A stretch of DNA of 64,000 nucleotides from Zygnema circumcarinatum SAG 698-1b (Eukaryota; Plantae; Zygnematophyceae). Shown here in pieces: positions 23,868 through 34,636 of this stretch. The DNA lies in NCBI GenBank assembly GCA_037447605.1, contig CM074814.1, positions 2,356,001-2,420,000 of the forward strand, given 5' to 3'. Both the position numbers and the translations under genes were made by a program. Below the pieces are notes generated by a model. The model ran no database searches. It was not told the DNA's origin and saw only the letters and a program-made list of their open reading frames with translations. Within the stretch, counting starts at the first letter, position 1. Each line of letters begins with the position of its first letter.

Positions 23868-24829
23868 TCAGCTTACTTCCAACTTTCTGCCTTTCTTTTT
23901 GAACGCAGCAATGAAGGTCTTCAGCAATTGGCCCGTTCTCTGCTTCCTCCCTGACAGAACCCCCCCCGAACTTGTTCGACTGCCTGAACCCAAACTCGAA
24001 TTTCTGCACATGCAGAGCTGCTGGGGATTGCTCCCAACGGTCAAATTCCTCCCCACCTCCACCAGCTGCGCAGCGCGGCTATATGCATGCAGTTCCCTGA
24101 TCAGTTTTGCCTCCTGTTTCCAACGCAGCCCCCTCGTGTTGAACATAGAAAGGGTGCTCGGTCTCAGATTCATCCGATTTCCATGGTAAAACCGTTGGCC
24201 AATAAGGGCGTTTCGGAACAGTCCGGGAGCCGCCGGAATGAATACGTCGCTCTCTTTACACACGTGGAAGTCAAGAAGCATCGCAAGAACTGTCTTGGAA
24301 GGAAGCTGCTGCTCCTCTAAATGGGGCATCGTGTACTCCTGAGACCACCAAAACACAAAGGGATAAGGTTGGAGTTGGGGTTAGGGTTAGGATTAGGATT
24401 AGGATTAGGGTTGAGGTTAGGGTTAGGATTAGGATAAGGGTTGAGGTTAGGGTTAGGATTAGGGTTGAGGTTAGGGTTAGGATTAGGATTAGGGTTGAGG
24501 TTAGGGTTAGGATTAGGATTAGGGTTGAGGTTAGGGTTAGGGTGAGAGTGAGAGAGAGGGTTAGGGTTGGAGTTCGGGTTAGGGTTAGGGTTAGGGTTAG
24601 CGTAAGGATTAGGCTTAGGGTTAGTGTTAGAGGTAGATTTAGGATTTGGTTTGGGGTTGGGGTTGGGGTTGGGGTTGGGTTTGGGGTCAAAGCCAGGGTT
24701 AGGGTTAGGGTCAGGGTCAGGGTTTATGGGAGCTATAAGCTTTTATGGTGTTCAGGTATTCAAAGGCTTTCTGCATTTCCAAATGCTTCCAATTCGTAAG
24801 TGGTTTCAATCTCTCCAAACATCCTCTCT

Positions 24830-24907
<78 letters not shown>

Positions 24908-27900
24908 GACTGCACACAACACACATGGCTCCTCCCGCTCAGACCCACCTTTGTATGCAGGTTGGGATACATCTCTCGCAGCGCATCAACGCTTGAATCT
25001 GCTCTCGCCACCGTGAGGTAAATCGCAGTTTCACGAGGGTACAACATAGCTCGAAGAAATTTTCCTATCTCCAACGGTGTGAGAGGACAGCTCTTGTCAT
25101 ACCGCCTTTGATTTCGAAGAAGCTGCATGGCTAGAGTCAAGTTTCTAGGAAGCTTCCTGTCCTTTTCCCGCAGAGTGCAGTCTGCTCTTTTTACATTATT
25201 GCTTTGTACGAGGTCAATTGCAATAAAACGCCCCTTTGAATCTTCTGCAGCTTCCCTCATTCTCTCTACAACACGTTTTCCGAACCTAAGAAGCTCGGGT
25301 CCGAACCTCAAAGCTGTGTAGGTTACAAGGCAACGAATGGCTTGGAGAGGATTTTCAGGATTAGGGTTTTCAGGGAGACGGGGTCCAAAGGGTCCCAACA
25401 AAATGACTTGGGATTTTTCAAAAATGGGTCTAACGTGGCGTTCTATGTGCTCCGCCGTTACGTCCTTCGGAACGGTGACACGAACTGGTTCTATGTGGCT
25501 ATGCGATTCCGACATTTTTCCGACCACTCGCACCATTCCTTGGAAACTCCGTACAAAGTGGTTGAGGGCGTAGAGGTTGAAGAAATCGCTGAACACATTA
25601 CAGAGGGTTGGTAGAGCCGAGCATTAACATACTCTCCCATCACGGAGGACTACATTCTCTGCGAAAACCAAACATCCACCAAAAGCTGCTTCATGAAGAC
25701 TTCAACCATGTGTTTTCACTACGGACTGTGTTTGAAGGCTTTCCTTTAGATAGTTTCTTGAGATGATATCACTACTTCAGATGGAGAAGCCCATGCAAAT
25801 GGTCTGACAGCAGTGCAATAAGTACGGATGTGAATCACAAGAAGGACAAAATGGAGCATGTGTGGGGAGTGTATGGAGGAGAGGAGGAACGGAATGTATG
25901 AGCAGTCAGAAATATACTTCAATGATTGATGCCGATTGTCCAGTTCCAACAAGAGCTCGACCTACAATTGACCAATCTTGAACTGAAATTGACCAGATAT
26001 TGGTTTTTCACCTTTAACGTTTCTAGGTATTTGGGGACTTCAGCCTGTGTCGCATGTCTCCCACTTATTTGTATGCAGTTGGAGTAAAGAAAGAAGGACA
26101 AGATGTTGAAACGTAAGGGGAGGAGAGAAAGTGGTGGTTACCTGTCAGCCTGAGACTGAGCCTCTTTTATTCTTGGCACTACAAGAGTAGCATTCAGTTG
26201 ATAGGCCACAGCAGCCGCTTCTCCTATCTGCCCCTCCCTCCCTCCCATCTCCTGACATCAGCTTCTCCTTCATAGTACAAATTAAACAGGAAACAGAAAT
26301 TCAAACATCCAAAAAATGCTAGACTTTGCGAAATTTCAACACCCCAATGGCTGTGTAAAAAAGCGAGATAGGATATGCCTTTATGAGTTGCTGTTCGCGT
26401 CGAGAAGGGATGAGACAGAGTGAGAAGGAGAGGGAGAGGCGCAGAGAGAGAGGGAGAGGTGCAGAGAGAGAGGGAGAGGTGCAGAGAGAGAGGGAGAGGT
26501 GCAGAGAGAGAGGGAGAGGTGCAGAGAGAGAGGGAGAGGCGCAGAGAGAGGAGGTGGGGAAGGTGGGCGGGAGAGGAGGAATGAGAGGGAGGAGGAATCC
26601 TGTCAATGAAGAGAGCAGGAAATAATATGTTTGGTACCTGCGCTTGATGATGTTCAGCCCCTCCCGTACATACGACTATGACATAACCCCATGTACGGTT
26701 CTGGCTACCTGCGACCATAGCCAAAATCGGAATGAATCGAAATAAGGAGGTGATAAATTACTACCTAGTTTCAAAAAGAAAAATACGTAGAATATCAAGG
26801 GATCTCCTTCACTTCTCTAAGAAGCCCCAAGGAACACCTTACTCAGCACTCACATCTCCCCTCCCCACCCTCTCCCTCCTTTTCCTATTTCCATTTTTGC
26901 CAACTTTTTTCATTTGCACCCTCGATCAAACCCACTCAAGTATGCAATGTGGTCTGTTCCCATGAAACAAGAATTGAGGACTTGAATTCAGATGCTTTAT
27001 GATTTCTCTTTGAAGGGCTGAAATACGAGCTGCAGCTTTACAGATGCTAGGACCTTTGGTTAAATTAGGGCTTACTTGTCTGCAAAGCGATAACTAATAC
27101 AAAAAAGTACAGCAGGAAAAGGAAACTTACGCGGTATCCTGCCACTCCAGCAGGGAGTCCAGCTTTTATTGAAAGGTCCGCCATTGGGTGTCTCCCACAG
27201 CTGTCTCTCTCTCATCTCTCCGCCAGCTGGCTCCTCTCCCTCTCCATCATACTGAATGGCCTCATGCTGCCCTCCTGCATGCTGCAGCATAGCCCCATCC
27301 CAAGTGCCACTTATCATACACGGATTAATGCATGGAGAAATTTCCTTTTGAAGCGGTTCATTGATCGCAAGCTTAGTTTTTCGCTCAATATTGCAGCAAA
27401 CCCATGGCAATAGCATACAAAAATCCAAAGTAAAAGGCCCTACTATCCATTCAACACTCGTGGAGAGGAATGAGCGCCGCCCCCCAACCCCCCNNNNNNN
27501 NNNCCCCCCCCCCCCTCCCTCCTCCTCCCCCCACCCCAAGCCCTAACCCTAACCAACCCTAAGTGGAACGAAACGACAGGGACTTTCAGAACATTTACGA
27601 CTATTTGAGCAACTAAAAGTGACGGCGAGAGGGAGGATGGATTGGCAGCACTCGAGCGAGAGAGAGGGAGGAGAAGTGGAGAAGAAGATAGAGCGCGAGG
27701 GCGGAAGAGAGAGAAATAGAGGGAGAGAGAGAGAGAGAGGGAGAGAGGAGGGAGCAGAAGGGCAGAGTGGGAGAGAAGAAGGGAGGGAGTGAGGGATTGG
27801 AAGGGGAGAAGTGCGGAAGAAGGGTGATAGGAGGGAAGGTGGGAGAGAGAGAAGGAGGGAGGGAGAGATAGAGAGTGCGGCATCCTCACCGTCTCCCCAG

Positions 27901-28030
27901 CGGCTCGCCCCCCTCCAAAAGTGAAGCGCGCGCTCCAGTAGAGGCAGAAGAGCGCGGCCGCGCCCGCCAGCGCCAGCACCGCGCGGAGGCGCGGGATCGC
28001 CGCCCAGGGACCGGCGGGCCCTCGCGCCAT
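23868..28030 (-). CDS. MSR: MANNAN SYNTHESIS-RELATED (MSR1/2)-like GT106 O-fucosyltransferase family protein, multi-exon; 3' end approximate
   Basis: TM anchor, then WTPCW | [18 protein letters not shown] | [16 protein letters not shown] | [62 protein letters not shown] | [25 protein letters not shown]. These match MSR motifs as recalled (GPEYHISQ, GRFIAVDL, TTIYLT, SDVFVPAISGLF). Confidence 0.83.
24360..24725 (+). repeat. Intronic degenerate (TTAGGG/TTAGGA)n telomere-type array
   Basis: Hexamer-phased TTAGGG, TTAGGA, TTGAGG and TTGGGG units with higher-order periodicity. Confidence 0.9.
24838..24905. repeat. (CT)n microsatellite
   Basis: Pure CT dinucleotide run in an MSR intron. Confidence 0.95.
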
Positions 28031-29181
28031 GGCTCCAAAACCCTAACTTAAACCCCCGATCCTGAACCCTAGCGCTGCACCCTAGCGCTGAACCCTAGCG
28101 CTGAACCCTAGCCACTGAACCCTAGAGCGCTGAGAGCCTATCGTACTCCTTGGCCTACCTATGCACGAGGTCGAACCACAACTCTTGGTCTGAGTCCAAA
28201 CCTGATGCTGAACGCTTGAACCCTTGAACCCTTGAGCCCTAGGCCTCGGCTTTGAAGTGAGTGTTAGGAAAAACCCTGACGCTCTACCGGCGCTGAACCC
28301 TGCGGTAATCGTCATCCCATATCGTGATTCAGAGGAGGCTGAGTCTCAGCCTGAGCCCTCAACCCTCGGCCTCCTCCCTGCGTCTGGCCAAAACCCTTCC
28401 TCTTAAACCCTTGATCCGAACCCTAAATCTCTCCTTCGGATCCCTGACTCCACGCGGCGTGTCCGACTCCGTACAACTAGTGGAGTAAAAACCCTACAGT
28501 TGGGGGTCCTCGTATTTACCACCCTAAGGAGTGCGTCCTCAATATTTTCGCCCCGATTTTGCCGAAACCACCTTTTTGTACGGTAACTTGTGTTAGCCGT
28601 ACTATTCGTACTGTTCGTACTAACCGTACTATCTGTACTAGCCGTTACGGGCTTACGCAAAACTCACCTAATCTCCCCGCTCGTGCCGCCGTAAGAGGCG
28701 CTCGCTCTTCTCCCCTTCTTCCTGGCTTCGATACGATACGATACGAACAGATCGGTACGATACTTTACGATACTAGGAGATACGATACGAAACGCCCCGA
28801 TATGGTATTGTCCGTACGAGCCGTACGAGCTGAGACGAACAACAGAAAGCGGAAAACTACGTCTGAGTCACGATATGGCACGATACGATACGATACTAAA
28901 CGAGACAGTACGATATCATACGGTACGATACGTACGGTCCAACATGAACTCTAACATAATACCACCCGTCTATTCGTAACACGAACCTTATATATGCAAA
29001 ATTAATATTTTCACCTCATATTGGCCGGAACCAGGGTGGAAAATATGAGGACCCCCTACTGTACAGTACAGTACAGTACAAGCCCACACGGAATTGTACG
29101 GCACTGTATCGTATCGGTTTAATTTACATCGTATCGCGTCAATTTGTATCGGAATACTCAATAAATGAAGTAGGGAGTTAT

Positions 29182-29299
29182 CCAATAGGAACTGCCACGT
29201 GTACAAAAATTCTCCAATAAGGAGCTGCCACGTGAACAACATATATGAAACAAAAAACTACCACGATGTAAAACAGTTCTCCAATAAGAGACTGCCACG
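29182..29299 (+). promoter_or_regulatory. Tandem CCAAT-N9-CCACG (ERSE-type / NF-Y+bZIP) elements with G-box cores
   Basis: CCAATaaggagctgCCACG (29214-29232), CCAATaagagactgCCACG (29281-29299) and an N8 variant (29182-29199), 80-200 bp upstream of the ATG at 29381. Confidence 0.7.
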
Positions 29300-29380
29300 T
29301 GTTCAAGTGGCGAATAGCGATTGGAGGACGATCGACTATATTCTGTTCGCTTTGGAGGAAGGCTGTAAGAGGACGAAGCC

Positions 29381-30901
29381 ATGGCTTCGAGAGGGGGAAG
29401 GGCACTCGCCTCTCTCGCGCTCGCCCTCTCTCTCGCCCTCTCTCTCTCCCTCTCTCTCTCCCCCTCTCTTTGCTCGGGAGACACGCGGCAAGATGCAAGT
29501 GCTGCGAGCCTCTTCAATATGGCGGCAGTGCTGTCAGGGGATGCTTCCCAGATTGCAGAGTCAGGGTTAGGTTTAAAGTATGGAAACCCTGCCGAAGGTA
29601 TTTCGGATGGAGCGGGAGAGGCTGTACCTTCGGAAAGACGGAGGCCAAGAAATGTTAAAGTGTTAAGTTTAATGGCGGGAACTGGACAGAGAGATGTGCC
29701 AGAGATCCCGGTCTGGCCCGAGCAATTCTACGCAGAGATGGTTCAACAGATGGACGGTAGATTATCGAAAATTGAACTGTGGTATGATTGGACGCGTGGG
29801 AGGAACTTGAACCTGATCCACCATCAGCTCGGGTCCACCCTCTGGGATGTGGAGTGGAATAATGGAACCAGGTGAGGGTGGTGGTTTTAAACCTTAATTT
29901 TAACATTAAGTCGTGGACCTTCGTGTACAAATATGGCAAGAGGCCTGGACGGCCAAATCCGCATTCGCGCAAGCAAAAAAGCAAAACTGGAGTGCGAGTG
30001 TTTTAGGGGGGAGAGATAGAAGAGAGGGGAGGGGGGGAAGAGAGAGAGAAAGAGAGAGAGACAAGAGGAGGGGGAGATAGAGAGGAACAAGAGAGGGGAG
30101 GTGGGGAGAGAGCGAAGAGGAGAGAAGCGAGAGGGCGATAGAGAGAGAAGGGAGGGGAGGAGTGGTAAAGAGAGAGTGAAGGGGAGGGAGAGAGAGAGAG
30201 ACTAGAGGAGGAGGCGTAAAGAGGGAGAAGAGAGGGACAAGGAGAGAGAGAGAGAGAGACAGACAAGGGACGGGGGAAAGATAGAGAGAGACGAGAGGGG
30301 AAGGTGGGGGAAGAGAAAGACGAGAGGTGTGGGAGGAGAAACCGCGAGAGGGCACTGAAAACTCCATCTCCCTCTCCCTCCCTCCCTCTCCCTCTCCTTC
30401 TGCAGCTTTTACTTCGACCGCGAAGCGACAACGTGCAGGCAGATTGAAATGGGCGTTGGGATCCTGCGCCGTGATTGGCTGGAAGGCGCGGAATTTCTCG
30501 GGACTGAAACGATCAACACAGACTTTGAGTGCTATGTTTGGACGAAGGCAGACTTCATCACATACTATGAAGAAGTAAAGGTAAACCATCTACCTTCATT
30601 AACCTTTATGAGAGCCCTACAAAAAATTGCCTAATAGAAGCTTTGCTCATATGCTAAAGGCTCAAGTTTTTTAGGGCCCTTGACAGTCTTGAAATCTCTA
30701 TGACGAAGTAAATCACATTTTTTTCAGGGGGGTTTAATTCGTCGGTTTGCTTGGGAGGTTTTTTTTTTTGAACAGACAAGAAGACCGGTTCGATGGAATT
30801 TTCATTCTCGGCCGTTCCAATTGGACATTTTAAGATATGAAATTGGGGCGACTTTGCCGGATGAGCTCTGGCAAGCTCCGAAATACTGCTTTCTAAATTG
30901 A
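29381..30901 (+). CDS. At4g14100-like uncharacterised secreted protein (3 exons)
   Basis: Signal-peptide-like start, then PVWPEQFYA..LWYDWTRGRNLNLIHHQLGSTLWDVEWNNGT|SFYFD..C..GVGILRRDWLEGA..CYVWTKADFITYYEE|TRRPVRWNF..YEIGATLPDELWQAPKYCF-TGA(30899-30901). Confidence 0.85.
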
Positions 30902-31592
30902 CCTTCTTTGTTTTCTGTGTAAATATTTCCCATTTGGACCTTTTCTTACGACATCTGCACCTGCGATGAGAAATCAAACGAAGGGAGGGGGCATTGTACA
31001 CTCTAACCCCATGATTCGTGCTCATTTGAAGAACTCTAATCGTCATCGTTCAACAGAAATACGAAAATTTTGAGTAGTAGAGATTGAGTTGTACTATGTT
31101 TTCGGTTTTTTTCAGTTTGGTTCTCCCTTTTTTTTTTTGACAAGTTTCCTATCTTTTCCATATCTTCTCTTTCCCAAGCTATGGGGACTACAGGGGGCAA
31201 GCTCTTTTGGTTTTCGTAATTTCTGATATTTTAGGGTTTGTAGTTTTCTGGAGCTTTTGGAAGTTATAGTTTTGGGATCTCCACGATTCTTAAGGCTTTG
31301 GCTTTTTAATAAAAAAAAATTGAACCAAGTTGAAAACGGCAAACATTCTACTGAGATATGAGAAAGTTCCCAGTCTACAAAGTGCAAATATCAAGGACAC
31401 AGTTTGACAGGTGTGCATAGGAAAACAGCCCACGATTATGTACAACACGGGTCAACTTTCCAATTCCGGAGTTACTTTTTAGAGTTCAGGGCATTATGCA
31501 AAAATAGGCACCGTGTCACTCAATTTCAAACCCAATGCAAAACCTGATTCCCTGGAAGTAAGAAACTCCATGAAACATGAAACTGCAAAAAC

Positions 31593-31800
31593 GCTAACCC
31601 TAACCCTGAGCCCAAACCCTAACCCTAACCCTAACCCTAACCCTAACCCTAACTCTCACCCTGAGCCCAAACCGTAACCCTAACCCTGAGCCCTAACCCT
31701 AACCCTAACTCTAACCCTAACCCTAACCCCAACCCTTAACCCTAACCCTAACTCTAACCCGACCCTAACCTAACCCTAATACAACCCTAACCTAATCCTA
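31593..31800 (-). repeat. (CCCTAA)n telomere-type tract immediately downstream of a stop codon
   Basis: Repeated CCCTAA with variants, ending about 14 bp from the stop at 31814. Confidence 0.9.
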
Positions 31801-31813
31801 GCATGTCAGCTCC

Positions 31814-33271
31814 TCACTTTCCTAATCTCGAGAGGATGAGAAGCCCGACAATGGACAGACAGAGCGATGCAAAGGTGGTGACAACCAACGCGAAAGCGAG
31901 CGCCAAGTTGGGGAGCTTCAGGGCCTCCTGAAATTTCCGCAGTCCTCTGTCTATCACCGGAGCAATAGCAGCCGCTCCTGCCACTCGAAAAGGCCGAGTC
32001 ACATTGTTTCCAGCCCACATTGCCACAACAATCTGCAGCAAATGAATACAGAAGAAAGTTCAGCTCTCGAATGATGACCTAATCAAGCTCTAACTTTACA
32101 TTGGCGAGTCCAGAAGAGCGTCGTCTTGTCTTTTTAAGCCATTTAGAGTTTTTAGGGTTAAAATGTGTGTGCAGTGAGTGGAGGAGTTGCAGGTTGTAAA
32201 TAGCTTAAGGTCCTTACCCCCAAAAGAGACTTCAAGTTCGCTGCGGGATTTTTGCCTGTGCTTGTTTCGTAGCCGAGGAATGCAAGCACGAAGAAGGTTG
32301 TGTATGTGATTCCGTCGAACAAACCATATGCGAGGATGGCTGCAAGTCCCAGTTTAGCCACTTGCTGGCGGAGCTCGTCAGCTTTTTTCTGCGAAATGTG
32401 CATAGAGAGTTTGCAAGACAAGAAGCTTTAGAGCTTTAAAACGGGTAATAGAAACTGGATAGTCAGTAAATGGGGATCGTTCAAGGCTGAAAGATCGTGG
32501 AAGGAGACATGCAAGGAGAGGAAGAGGAGAGGGAGAAGGAGAAGGAGAGGGAGAGAGTGTGAGAGGGAGAGAGTCAGAGGATGAGGGAGTAGGGGGCATG
32601 AAACGAAAACCATACTTGCCAATTTTTCCACCACCGTTTTGAGTCCTCGAACACTCCCTGCCAGCCATCCATATGTGCATGCAGTTAGAATTTCCACCAC
32701 TAAGCAACCATGTACATGTTCAGCCCTAAATTCAATAGCCCGTTGGCACGGCAATGTAAACACGTTCGTAGTCTGTTATAAGAGACAGTAAGCAGGCACA
32801 GATGTCAACGATGACAAACCAACATTTCTTCAACATACATGGTTCTTCAATGTGTAAAATTGAATTGTAGAATTAAAAAGTTTCTTAAGGAATTTTTTAA
32901 AACATCGCTCAGCAAAAAATCCAGATTCCTACCGACTCCGAAGGCAAAGGTGCTTCAAGAGCCTCCGTAGGAACTCCTCCTGCCTCGCCCTCGGAAAAAC
33001 TACTCCCAGAACTCGAAGCTCTAATTCTGAATGAATCGCTGCATTTCCTTCCAGAGAATTTTTTTAACGAAAGGAGTTGCGCTGACTCTAACCCTAACCC
33101 TAACCTTGATCGTGATTGCAACCCTAATTTCGAACCTGACTCTGCTCTGGACCCTGCGCCTAACCCTAAAACCAACCCTAACCCTGTGTTACTCCTGGCG
33201 TCGGAAGACCCAAAGAAAATATGTGCAGATGACAAGGAGAGAGAACGCCCAGCAGCCGCCATGGCCGCCAT
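31814..33271 (-). CDS. Conserved putative plastid membrane protein (At2g38695-like), 3 exons
   Basis: Transit-peptide-like N-terminus, then QQVAKLGLAAILAYGLFDGITYTTFFVLAFLGYETSTGKNPAANLKSLLG|IVVAMWAGNNVTRPFRVAGAAAIAPVIDRGL..LLILSRLGK-TGA. Confidence 0.78.
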
Positions 33272-34465
33272 ACCTCCGCCTCCTTCAGTGGAAACTTGAA
33301 GGTGGAGATACAGTAGTGGGAGGTGCAGGGGAAAAATTAGGGCTAGAGAAACGGCGAACGGAACTGGGTACATGGAACGTCGAGCAAACCGGTTGTTGCA
33401 GCGTTGACACTACGCGCACATCTCAGGGTTTTGGGTGTGCTCTTAGTTCACTATTGATAGGTTTGATAGAGCTAGGTTAACCCCTTAGGTGTGCGCTGTA
33501 CGGTATTTCCTGACCTCCGCTCACACGAATCCAGTAGACTCCGACGGAGTACGAATGTGTTCACATTGGGGTTTTAGCGTTTTCAGGGTTTTTGGGTCGT
33601 TACGCGATTCGAAGAACCTTCTGGTTTCGAGTTCGACCAACAAGTACGAGATGGACGTGATTTCGTACGAACGATCCGAACTGTTCGTACACGATCAGTA
33701 CGAAATTGTCGGTGAAACGATCTACGGCTATTCGTCCACCCCATTTTTTTGGTACATTCGATCCATTAAATGCCTTAACTAATTATTAGTACGGACGGGA
33801 AAAAATACACAAACATGGTTTATGGGTTGTTAGGGCAACGCATAATCATCCAAAAAAAAAAAAAAAAACCGCATTGGGTCTACTACACATTGCCTTTGCC
33901 CTTGTTCGTTTATTTGAACCATACTTCTTAAAAAACTGTAATGATGTGGCGTTGACCTTCTTAAAGTCCTCCTTATAAGAAGCCTTTAAGCCATCGACCT
34001 GCCAATGAAGCCCTTCCTCTGCTCCGATGGGCTCTGTACCGCCACTAACACTCGCACTAGCAACACCTGCAAAGCTCTGAACCCTGAAACCCTAAGGACC
34101 TAAGGACCCTAAAAACCCTACGACTCTACAACTGGTCTCGCGTGCACTGCCCACTGTCAAATGCCACGTGTGTTTGTTGATTTGCAAGTCAAAAAAGAGG
34201 ACTTGGTTGGTCTACCAAACAACGAGAAGAAAGAAAGGAAGAACAATACTAATAATAATCTGAAAAAAAAGAGGAAATGATCAAATTCTGAAGCTCAGGC
34301 AGAAAGAACTAGTGGTTTTCTCAGTCAGGCAGAGAATGCAGAACAGGAGCACATAGAACAGGCGCACAGAACAAGGGCACAGCTCACTGCCGGCCCTTTC
34401 CATATATTTAACCTCCGCCGCCACAAAATTATGTACAAGCCAACCATTGGTCCCTGCCCTGCCCT

Positions 34466-34603
34466 TCACCCCTTCTTCACGGGTCTCTGCACATACGACT
34501 TTTCCGGATCCTCCGTCTTTAACTTTGGCGGCTTCAGCTCCCCCTTCTTGTTCTGCCAACATCACATCACATCACATGTGATGATGATGCACGGTCAGCC
34601 CAA

Positions 34604-34636
<33 letters not shown>

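Noticed and set aside
24271-25021. (LT)n, (RV)n, (LG)n and (SL)n ORFs
   Set aside because: They are translations of intronic telomere-type and CT repeats within the MSR gene.
29182-29300. CRISPR-like repeat-spacer appearance
   Set aside because: Only 3-4 degenerate units, in a eukaryotic promoter context with no cas genes; better explained as cis-elements.
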